The position numbers and the translations under genes were made by a program. This document shows, in pieces, positions 1 through 8,419 of a DNA stretch of 64,000 nucleotides (within the stretch, counting starts at the first letter, position 1; every line of letters starts with the position of its first letter). The notes under the pieces are model-generated. The model saw only the letters and a list, made by a program, of their open reading frames with translations, was not told the DNA's origin and searched no databases. The DNA lies in contig CBDCFW010000003.1 in the NCBI GenBank assembly GCA_965216465.1, positions 224,001 to 288,000 of the forward strand, given 5' to 3'. This DNA comes from Bacteroidia bacterium (GTDB taxonomy: Bacteria; Bacteroidota; Bacteroidia; NS11-12g; UBA9320).

Positions 1-26
1 CCATTAAACCAAGTCCTGATCTCAAC

Positions 27-2696
27 ATGAAATTGATCTCTAGCGATTCTCAATGCTTTAACTGGAATCAATTCTGTTTAATCGATAGCAGCACATCACA
101 AGCACCGATTGCATACGACAGCACGCGAACAAGTATTCTTGGTCATACTCAAACCTCTTATGGTAATGGAGATACAATATGTTTTACGCTCTATGAGCCC
201 AATGGAGGACATATCAGTATATTATCAAATGGGGGGCAAAGCAATGGCTGCACGAGCAGACAGGTCTATCACCACGTAATTTTTCTTACCCCGAGAATTG
301 GAGCAGACTTTGATTTTTTAAATACTCCAAATCCAGGCTGTGACAGCACAACAAATGTTGTGGTTCGATTGAACACTAAATCGCCAGCCTCGCGCTTATC
401 ATATTACCATTGGAAGCTTAATGATGATATAATAAGGAGTGGATCTTATGAGACCAATAAACACATTTGGGACGGCTGGCCAAATTCAGATACCTTAAAC
501 TTTGTATTTCCAAATCGTAAAAACTACAAGCTACAGCTAATGGCCCAGGATTCATTTGGATGTTTCGATAGTTTGGAATTAGAAGCCAAGGTTAGTCAAA
601 GGTTAAAAGGATCGATTAAGCTAGACAGTAATGGCAATTGCACAGCAGATGGCTTTGAGCAAGGAATTTACAAGCTAGTTGTTGGTCAAAACGCTTCATT
701 TACATCAGATAACAATGGAAACTTCTCCGTTGTCGCCGAAAATAACACGTCAATACGCATTGAACCCATTTTGAGTCAGCATCATAAAACGCTAGTTAAG
801 AAGATATGTCCGCCATTCTATGACGTTACCATAAATAATAATTCTGGTTGTGACAGCAGTGGGTTTGATTTTGCTGTGCAAATGCATGATGTCTCATACT
901 TGCGATGTGTTCTTGAATCATCACGAAGAAGACGATGTACTCGGGGATTTACTAAAATTGAATATATCAACGATGGGAAGGCAGATCAAGATTCTGTTAA
1001 GCTATTTGTGAAATATCCTCAATATCTAGTTCCGCTTTCAGCAGACCTACCTTATACTTTACAAAATGGCTTGCTTGTTTTTGATTTAGGTGAAATAAAA
1101 GGTTTAGCATCTGGAACAATTACCATTAGAGATTCTGTTGCATGTGTAAATGCTTCACGGGGCACTGAACAATGCGTCCATGCCTGGATGACTCCGGAGA
1201 ATCAGGCATTTAACCAACTTAATAGTGATTATTCAAACTGGGATGGATCGAGCTTAACAGTCTCTGCTAGGAAGGATACCGGTGACGCCCGTGTGTTTGT
1301 AATAACCAATACAAGCAACGCCGACATGACAAGCTCTAGCACCTATAGATTGTGGGTAGATGCCTGGAACGCTAACTATGGCAGCCTGACTCGTAGTTTC
1401 AAGTTGAATGCCGGCGATAGCCTCGTAGTGAATATTCCAAAGCTCAATCCTTGGGTGATTTGGAAGTACTGGTCTATGAAGGTAAATCAGCCTAGGTTTC
1501 ATCCAATTGGTAGACCAGCGTACATTAAATTTAGCTCTTGGGACACGAGACAAGTGAGTTTTCCTCCAAATTTTGAACTACAAAAAAGCTGCAACACTGT
1601 TGTAGATTCTTACGACCCGAATGACAAAAAAGTAAATGTGCAAATTGAACATGCACCGAATGTTACGCCAATGGGTTCGGCATTGACTTATACTATTCGA
1701 TTTCAAAATACAGGCACAGATACCGCATACCGTGTTGTTATTGAAGATCTTCTCGATCGCAATCTCGATTTAGCTAGTCTTGAACTTGGTGTTTCGAGCC
1801 ACGAGTATACCTGGCAAGTTGAATCCGAGAATGGTAGAAGCCTGTTAAGAATAACATTTGAAGACGTAAACTTACTTCCTAAATCCTGGGATGAAGCTAA
1901 GAGTCAAGGTTTTGTAATGCTTAAAGTTCATCCGAAAGCGGACTTACAAGACCCTACTTACGTTCAAAACTATGCGAGCATCTACTTCGATTACAATGAC
2001 CCCATTATCACCAATACTACTCAAATAAAGTACTCCGATAGAAAGATTGAAGGCATTCCTTTTGAGATCATTGAGAATGGTAAGTACATCCGTTATGTTC
2101 AAACGATCAAGGACACATTTTGCCATCAATACGAAGTACCTTGGAACAGCAATATCTACATTACACCGGGTGTCTTTTATGATACGTTAAGAACGGACCC
2201 AGATAGTATCGTAATAATTGAGCTGAAAAAGCTCTCCAACTATTCATCCTCAGCAGTTTTTGTGAATGATACACTTCATGCACAGCTAGGTGCAGAGAGC
2301 TATCAATGGCTAGACTGTGAGAATAATAACAAGCCTATTGTTGGAGCGAATAAGCAGTACTATGTTCCATCAAGCAATGGCAGCTTCGCGGTTGAAACTA
2401 AAAACTGGGATTGCATTGATACTTCAAAGTGTGTACATGTCGAAGGATTAAAGGTTTCTGACATTGGTAAAGACAGTCACTATCGTATTAGACCCAATCC
2501 GGCAGAAAGCAGTTTTCAGTTTGACCACGGAGTAAACATTAAGAAGGTTAACATCTATAACCAATATGGTCAACTGGTGAAAGTTTTTTCTGGAGGTCAG
2601 AAAGTATATCAAATAGGAGACCTAGCCAGTGGAATGTACGTGGTTCAATTTGAGGTAGACAATAGAACTTACTACTACAGGTTGGTAAAAAGATAG
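27..2696 (+). CDS. T9SS type A sorting domain protein with SYDPNDK/DUF11-like (DUF7619-type) domain; probably 5' truncated by the window edge
   Basis: Motif SYDPNDK...LTYTIRFQNTGTDTA...ASIYFDYNDPIITN; C-terminal PNPA..F...IYNQYGQLV...SGMYVV CTD; reading frame stays open back to position 3. Confidence 0.85.
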   Translation: MKLISSDSQCFNWNQFCLIDSSTSQAPIAYDSTRTSILGHTQTSYGNGDTICFTLYEPNGGHISILSNGGQSNGCTSRQVYHHVIFLTPRIGADFDFLNTPNPGCDSTTNVVVRLNTKSPASRLSYYHWKLNDDIIRSGSYETNKHIWDGWPNSDTLNFVFPNRKNYKLQLMAQDSFGCFDSLELEAKVSQRLKGSIKLDSNGNCTADGFEQGIYKLVVGQNASFTSDNNGNFSVVAENNTSIRIEPILSQHHKTLVKKICPPFYDVTINNNSGCDSSGFDFAVQMHDVSYLRCVLESSRRRRCTRGFTKIEYINDGKADQDSVKLFVKYPQYLVPLSADLPYTLQNGLLVFDLGEIKGLASGTITIRDSVACVNASRGTEQCVHAWMTPENQAFNQLNSDYSNWDGSSLTVSARKDTGDARVFVITNTSNADMTSSSTYRLWVDAWNANYGSLTRSFKLNAGDSLVVNIPKLNPWVIWKYWSMKVNQPRFHPIGRPAYIKFSSWDTRQVSFPPNFELQKSCNTVVDSYDPNDKKVNVQIEHAPNVTPMGSALTYTIRFQNTGTDTAYRVVIEDLLDRNLDLASLELGVSSHEYTWQVESENGRSLLRITFEDVNLLPKSWDEAKSQGFVMLKVHPKADLQDPTYVQNYASIYFDYNDPIITNTTQIKYSDRKIEGIPFEIIENGKYIRYVQTIKDTFCHQYEVPWNSNIYITPGVFYDTLRTDPDSIVIIELKKLSNYSSSAVFVNDTLHAQLGAESYQWLDCENNNKPIVGANKQYYVPSSNGSFAVETKNWDCIDTSKCVHVEGLKVSDIGKDSHYRIRPNPAESSFQFDHGVNIKKVNIYNQYGQLVKVFSGGQKVYQIGDLASGMYVVQFEVDNRTYYYRLVKR

Positions 2697-2724
2697 GGTA
2701 GGAGATCTAACACACCCCCTAACT

Positions 2725-3819
2725 CTAAGGCCTTAACAGGACTTTTTGTGTGTAGATTTCATCTCCAATGTGAACATGGATAATGTATATTCCTGCGGCA
2801 AATCTGTTTAAATCTAGTTTGTACGATTGGTCGTCTGTCTTTAAAAATGGAATGTTGGTATAATGACCTAAAAGACTATAAATCTGCACTTTATTAGGAT
2901 TTGAAGCGGAATTTAAGTTTAGGTTAACAGTTCCATCTGTAACAGGGTTCGGCGCAATCCAAATCTGGTTGGTTAATTCCTCAATGCTTACAGGTCCTAC
3001 ACTGATTAAATTACACTCTTCACTCCAACAAAATCCATTGTTTGTGGCCAAACACACCTCATACCCGCCATAATCTTGGTAAACATGGGTAACATCTTCC
3101 AGAGATGATGTGTTTCCGTCGTCAAATCGCCAATGATAGATCTCATTGCCTGGGGGGCCATCAAACTCAACGGTTTTGCCGTTGGCAGCTGCTGTGAAGC
3201 TAGCGTCGGGGTGGGCGTATATGGTTAAGGTTAGGGTATGTGTATCAGCACAGCCAATTAAAGAAGAGGTGATTAAAGTCACAGAAACAATTCGAGTATT
3301 TCCCATAATGGCATAAGTGTATTTAGGGGAAAATAGGTTAGAAGTATCAGTGTTTTCACCAAAAGACCATAAACTGGAAATGTTTCCTGTACTTAAAGAT
3401 GACTTGTTTGTAAACGCTACTTCTTCACCTTCACACTTATCGGAAACACTAAAATCAGCAACAGGTAGTTCATTGATGGTTACTTCTTTAGTTATTTTCA
3501 ACGAGTCTCCGGTTTGTAGAAACATGGTAAGTGTAATATCAACTTTTCGTGTGGTGCCTTTGTATTGCCATTTGGCAGTTGGGCTTGTAGTGTGCTCACT
3601 TTCAGCGTTTTCAAAATGCCACTGATAGGTAGCCGTATCGTTGTGGTCAACATAAGAAGTATTTTCAAATGTGATGGATTGTCCCTCACAAACTAAACTT
3701 GGAATTTTAAAATTTACTATAGATCCTGTAGATTGAGCATGAGTGGGCAGTGAACAAAAAAGGGTAAAGAGTGAAATAGTTAAATATGAAAGCCAATCCT
3801 CAGATTTAATTGTTTTCAT
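2725..3819 (-). CDS. PKD-domain T9SS type A secreted protein
   Basis: Signal peptide; PKD repeats (WSFGE, WRFDDG...HVY..YGGYEVCL); CTD IAPNPV...AGIYII. Confidence 0.85.
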   Translation of the reverse strand: MKTIKSEDWLSYLTISLFTLFCSLPTHAQSTGSIVNFKIPSLVCEGQSITFENTSYVDHNDTATYQWHFENAESEHTTSPTAKWQYKGTTRKVDITLTMFLQTGDSLKITKEVTINELPVADFSVSDKCEGEEVAFTNKSSLSTGNISSLWSFGENTDTSNLFSPKYTYAIMGNTRIVSVTLITSSLIGCADTHTLTLTIYAHPDASFTAAANGKTVEFDGPPGNEIYHWRFDDGNTSSLEDVTHVYQDYGGYEVCLATNNGFCWSEECNLISVGPVSIEELTNQIWIAPNPVTDGTVNLNLNSASNPNKVQIYSLLGHYTNIPFLKTDDQSYKLDLNRFAAGIYIIHVHIGDEIYTQKVLLRP

Positions 3820-3902
3820 TTCGTATCAAAGATAGCACTTTTAACAATTTTACTTCATCAGCTCATACTCAGTATTTATACATCGGCATTTTAAGCTTTG
3901 CT

Positions 3903-4646
3903 TCAGTGCAATAAAATTGACCTTCGGTATATCACATCACAATCCCAAAACCTTATCCAATAAACACCCGTTTTAAGGCCTATGAGGTCAATTTTAAAGT
4001 GGTTTTCGCTAACCTTTTTAGTCTCAAACACATCAATCTGTCCAAGAGAATTTATTAGCTCAATTTGTACAGGTATTAGGTCGAATTCTCCTTGTATATT
4101 TATAACTCCAGCAGCACTTGGATTGGGATAAACTATAACATCGCTAACCCTTATAGGTAATGATTCAGGAACAGATGTTGTCTCCTTAAACCTATGGAAT
4201 AATCGAATACTTGGATTGTTATCCTTTTGGCGGTCATCATAAAATTCACTGAAGAGGCGAGGACGGTCAGTTTGAAGACCGTAGCAACTGGGTGCTTTGG
4301 TAAATGTAAACAAAACGTCATCTCGCTCTTCATAAAAATCAATCGAAAAGGTGTCATAAACTATCATATATTCACTTGGAGCTAAATATCTGCCCACAGG
4401 AATATATACCGTAGGTAAATCGTACTTTGCTAGTTGACAATGTATCCGCCAGTTCATAGTGTCGTCAGGATATAAACTGTCAGGACCTTGATTTGTGTAC
4501 AAAAAGGACACTTTGTAAAGAGAGGGAGAGAACATGGTGTCATAAGGACTCGGCTCGATTAGTTCAACCTTGCCGTCAACATAGCGTTGAGCAAGCAGTC
4601 CTTTGGTTAAGAACCAGCAGATTGTGATTATGACGATTTTCCTCAT
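3903..4646 (-). CDS. T9SS type A secreted protein, uncharacterised IEPSP/TNQGPD family (paralog 1 of 4)
   Basis: Signal peptide; YPNPS CTD; clear similarity to 4657, 55068 and 55886 ORFs. Confidence 0.8.
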   Translation of the reverse strand: MRKIVIITICWFLTKGLLAQRYVDGKVELIEPSPYDTMFSPSLYKVSFLYTNQGPDSLYPDDTMNWRIHCQLAKYDLPTVYIPVGRYLAPSEYMIVYDTFSIDFYEERDDVLFTFTKAPSCYGLQTDRPRLFSEFYDDRQKDNNPSIRLFHRFKETTSVPESLPIRVSDVIVYPNPSAAGVINIQGEFDLIPVQIELINSLGQIDVFETKKVSENHFKIDLIGLKTGVYWIRFWDCDVIYRRSILLH

Positions 4647-4656
4647 AGCAATAATA

Positions 4657-5418
4657 TTAGTACCTTATAATCTGCTTTTTGTAAATAAAACTCCCATCCC
4701 AAAATCTTACCCAATAAATACCCGGTTGAAGGTCGATGAGGTCAATTCTAAAGTGATTCTTGTTAACCTTTTCGGTTTTAAACATATCAATCTGGCCAAT
4801 AGCATTTATTAGCTCAACACATTCAGGTATCTGGTCGAATTCTCCTTGTATATTTATAACTCCAGCAGCAATTGGATTCGGATAAACAATAACATCGCTA
4901 ATCCTTGTAGTTAATGATTCAGGAACAGTTGTGGTCTCTTTAAACCTGTGGAATAATCGAACACTTGGATTGTTGTCTTTTTGACGATCATCATAGAATT
5001 CATAGAGTAAAGAACTTTTATCATCATGTTGACCATAACAAGCTGGAGGGATACTAAATGTAAGTAATGCATTGTCCAGTTCGTAGGTTCCATTGAGATG
5101 AATTGTGTCAAAGAGAACAATGTGCCCACCTGGAGCAATATCTTTACCAAGTTGCCTATATAATCTTGGTCTTTCGCCTTTTGCAAGATCCCAAAAAACC
5201 TCCCATGTAACGATGTCATCTGAGTACAACGAGTCAGGTCCTTGGTTAGTCAGTAAAAATGAAATGTTCAAGACCCCTGGTGATCTTACGGTGTCAAATG
5301 GGCTTGGTTCAATGAACTCTACTTTGCTATCTACATAACGTAGCGGCCACTGCGCTAGGGCGTCAAAGGTTGCAATAAATGTAAAAGTTACTACGAGTGT
5401 TTTCTTTAGAACTTTCAT
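4657..5418 (-). CDS. T9SS type A secreted protein, uncharacterised IEPSP/TNQGPD family (paralog 2 of 4)
   Basis: Signal peptide; YPNP CTD; shared family motifs. Confidence 0.8.
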   Translation of the reverse strand: MKVLKKTLVVTFTFIATFDALAQWPLRYVDSKVEFIEPSPFDTVRSPGVLNISFLLTNQGPDSLYSDDIVTWEVFWDLAKGERPRLYRQLGKDIAPGGHIVLFDTIHLNGTYELDNALLTFSIPPACYGQHDDKSSLLYEFYDDRQKDNNPSVRLFHRFKETTTVPESLTTRISDVIVYPNPIAAGVINIQGEFDQIPECVELINAIGQIDMFKTEKVNKNHFRIDLIDLQPGIYWVRFWDGSFIYKKQIIRY

Positions 5419-5421
5419 ATT

Positions 5422-6333
5422 TTATTTTTTGAAATTTTGTTGGTCAAGCTTTGAATCGTCAAGTGTATGTTCTTCTTCACATTTACAACATATCTTAACT
5501 TCAAACTTTAAAAGATGGTCAGTACAATCTTCTAAGCTACGAAAACGACAAGGGATTATTCTTAGCTCCAAATGATAGTTTTCACAACCACTTGGGTAGG
5601 CTTGTCGATAGGTCATGTCATTGTCTTCAGACAAATTGCAATGATGTTGTAGGTCTGATACATTTGAAACTCCGTTAACAGAAATTTGTTGTGAGATGTT
5701 TTTCCAACCAAGTTCAGCATCTCTAGGGTGCGTACTTAGAAAAGCCTTTAAGTCTCCACAAAACCCATCGACCGTCGTATTCAGGTCAAGGTGAAAGTCT
5801 TCAAAGGTTCTACATTTTTGTAGGTCGATGTCGATTATATCCTCAACCCCTACAAAATTGATTTTTGTCGTATTTATGGCTTGTAGCGTTCCATCGTCAT
5901 TAAGTGTTATTGAAGTAATCTCCGCCGAGCCAATATTTTCATCAAACGCAAACCATTTGCTGTTTAAGGCGCCCTGAGTGTCTCTCATCTCCATAGTATT
6001 TAATCTCTTTGAAATAATTTCTCCATTCTCATCGAGAAACAAAACATCATCCAATCCCATGTAATAACCTTCTCCAACTAACCCGGCATAATCATAAGTG
6101 ATTTTATTGCCGTTCTTATCAAATGGAATGATGTTTACAAAGTCGAGGTCGTTGGATGTTCCTCCCGTTCCAAATCGCATTTTGGTATCTAGGAAGGTGT
6201 ATTCACCTCCGTCTAGGTAAATCAGTTGGAAGCAATTTTCAAGGTAAGAGCATCCATTTACATCTTGACTCAAACACGGCCTTATTAGGCCCAACAATAG
6301 AAGGGTGGTTATAAGTAGCTTCAGTTTATTCAT
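5422..6333 (-). CDS. Secreted cysteine-rich hypothetical protein (paralog of 56640..57566)
   Basis: Signal peptide; LENC, KCRTF, DGFCG, ICCKC motifs shared with 56640 ORF; no T9SS CTD visible. Confidence 0.8.
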   Translation of the reverse strand: MNKLKLLITTLLLLGLIRPCLSQDVNGCSYLENCFQLIYLDGGEYTFLDTKMRFGTGGTSNDLDFVNIIPFDKNGNKITYDYAGLVGEGYYMGLDDVLFLDENGEIISKRLNTMEMRDTQGALNSKWFAFDENIGSAEITSITLNDDGTLQAINTTKINFVGVEDIIDIDLQKCRTFEDFHLDLNTTVDGFCGDLKAFLSTHPRDAELGWKNISQQISVNGVSNVSDLQHHCNLSEDNDMTYRQAYPSGCENYHLELRIIPCRFRSLEDCTDHLLKFEVKICCKCEEEHTLDDSKLDQQNFKK

Positions 6334-6337
6334 GCCC

Positions 6338-6389
6338 CGAAACTACCCGTTCGGAGAAATGAAAATTGTAGTAAATCGTTGATGTTGAG
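6338..6389 (-). promoter_or_regulatory. -7 box plus conserved 24-bp upstream motif of cassette copy 1
   Basis: Minus strand TAGTTTCG 4 nt before ATG; plus-strand TTGTAGTAAATCGTTGATGTTGAG (6366-6389) matches 57599-57622 at 21/24. Confidence 0.65.
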
Positions 6390-6459
6390 TTAGTTGGTTT
6401 ACCAATGATATGGTTGACTTGACAACCGAGAGAATAATATCTCTAAAAAGAAAGGTCTA

Positions 6460-7311
6460 TTAGCGCAAACTCAAAATCTTCTTGTGTACAACCTGATCTG
6501 CATGAATTTCAAGTGTAAATATGCCTGAAGAAGGCAAGGTTATTTTGGTTGCTGTGGCATCAGGCGAAACTTCCTCAACTAACCTTCCTTGTGCGTCATA
6601 AATGCGAATCAATTGAATTTTTTGGGGAGCATTTATTTGCACACTTCCGAAGCTCGGATTGGGATGAACGTTCACCTGATAAGGCTCTATGGGTAACAAT
6701 GTTGCTGTACCTATTCGAATAATAAACCGAATTGAGTTAGACCAGTTATTACTTAGATCTTTGGTACGGTATTCAACAATATAAATACCGGGTTCATTGC
6801 GGTTCAAATCATTGTATACCAATTGCACTGAGTCTCTCAGTTGTTGAGGACTGTCATAGTTATCTGCATATAAAATCTCGTCAGGTAACGGCAATGGGTC
6901 TGGAATATTTCCAATTTGGAAATAAAAGATTGAATCCGACTTGTGAATCATAACCGGAGCAACGCGGTCTACTACGTTCAAAATCAATGTGGTATCTGTT
7001 CGGTTGTTGCTTGAATCTTGAATCTGTAAATAGAGGGGGTAATCGCCTATTACATAAGGGTTTACTGCTCCGAGATTTATGTAGAAGAATAAACTGTCTG
7101 ATGGCGTACAGTTGTCAGATAACGTAAAGATTGAATCAACAAGATCTGCGTTATTAATATATAATTGATCATTCACATCGTGTAGTAACGTGTCTTCAAT
7201 TATGACAATCTGAGGGGGCTCTGTATCATTTTGACATTGCCCAAAAGCTAAATTATAAAAGAAGAATAAGAGTAGAAAGCCAATCGTTTTGCATACCTGA
7301 AAACGACTCAT
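6460..7311 (-). CDS. T9SS type A secreted protein with DUF5011/Ig-like repeats
   Basis: DTEPPQI and DRVAPVM repeat starts; DNYD...PGIYIVEY..KDLSNN; HPNPS CTD. Confidence 0.8.
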   Translation of the reverse strand: MSRFQVCKTIGFLLLFFFYNLAFGQCQNDTEPPQIVIIEDTLLHDVNDQLYINNADLVDSIFTLSDNCTPSDSLFFYINLGAVNPYVIGDYPLYLQIQDSSNNRTDTTLILNVVDRVAPVMIHKSDSIFYFQIGNIPDPLPLPDEILYADNYDSPQQLRDSVQLVYNDLNRNEPGIYIVEYRTKDLSNNWSNSIRFIIRIGTATLLPIEPYQVNVHPNPSFGSVQINAPQKIQLIRIYDAQGRLVEEVSPDATATKITLPSSGIFTLEIHADQVVHKKILSLR

Positions 7312-7410
7312 AGCTTCAAAGTTAAAGCATTTTTTACACTAGTTATGAGTTATTTACGAGTTTTTAGAGGTCTAATTAAATACAATAACATTTTCTATCT
7401 TTGAATCCAC

Positions 7411-8412
7411 TTGACCAAGAAAAGAACAACACGCGAAAAGATTTGGTTGGCAGTTGCAGTTGTCGGGACTATAGTTACTTGGACCGTAACGGGTTCAATC
7501 GTTTTCAAATCTTTTCACCTCGAGAAAAGTCCTTTGTCTTTAGCCATGATTCCACTCTTATTGGGACTTGGTGTTGAGCACTTGAGACTAGGTACCAAGT
7601 TTAAAAATCTCTTTTACATCGTTACTGCTTCTCTTTTATTGAGTTTTATGGCGTTTATGCCAAATACGGAGGCCGTGAGTGATCCATTTTACAACAACGC
7701 TCTGTTTTGGCCATTTTTATTTTTGTTTTTCTTCCTCATTATTTCGATGATCTTTCATGATCAAAAACTTGTGCCCAAAATTACTGAAGGGATTACGCTA
7801 ATTCAATCAGTTGCAATTATTTATTGGATAGGGGAGTTTATTCAATTTCCTCTAGAGAAAAATTTATTGTACATCCCAATTTTATTGGCCTTATTGTTTG
7901 TGCTTTATTCTTTCATTCATGCTTTTTCGTATATTAAACTATCACGAACATCTCGGTTAGTTTTGAGCATTTGGAGTTCTCTAATTATGGTAATTTTAGC
8001 TGCGGATAATGTATATCAAATCTTCCATCAAGATTTAGATTTAAGTGCAGATATCAGTGTTATTCTGTACGTATGCTTAAGCTACTTCTTGTTGGGAGTT
8101 TCATTGATGTATATGTTACGTAATGCCTATCTCCTTATGGATTTTCTGCCGCAACGCGGTGCAAATAGAAAACAACGAAAGAAAGATCGAAAAGAGTTAA
8201 AAGATTTGCATGTCAAGCGATTTTCACGAGAACAAGTTAATGTTGTACACTCGCTAATTGTACTAGTATTAATCGCCTCATGGTTCCTCCTCAATCATCA
8301 TTACCAATTGCTTCCGAGAAACTTAGCTATCTGGATTGCCTTTTTGCTGTTTCCGTTTTTAAACATGGTATACGCTTTAACCATTGGCAAACTGATAAGA
8401 AAAAGAGAGTAA
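7411..8412 (+). CDS. Multi-pass membrane hypothetical protein
   Basis: About 9-10 hydrophobic segments; TATCTTTG box upstream of TTG start. Confidence 0.75.
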   Translation: MTKKRTTREKIWLAVAVVGTIVTWTVTGSIVFKSFHLEKSPLSLAMIPLLLGLGVEHLRLGTKFKNLFYIVTASLLLSFMAFMPNTEAVSDPFYNNALFWPFLFLFFFLIISMIFHDQKLVPKITEGITLIQSVAIIYWIGEFIQFPLEKNLLYIPILLALLFVLYSFIHAFSYIKLSRTSRLVLSIWSSLIMVILAADNVYQIFHQDLDLSADISVILYVCLSYFLLGVSLMYMLRNAYLLMDFLPQRGANRKQRKKDRKELKDLHVKRFSREQVNVVHSLIVLVLIASWFLLNHHYQLLPRNLAIWIAFLLFPFLNMVYALTIGKLIRKRE

Positions 8413-8419
8413 TCGATTT

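Noticed and set aside
3903-5418. Diversity-generating retroelement TR/VR pair among the paralogs
   Set aside because: No reverse transcriptase in the window, both copies are coding, and differences are not confined to adenines
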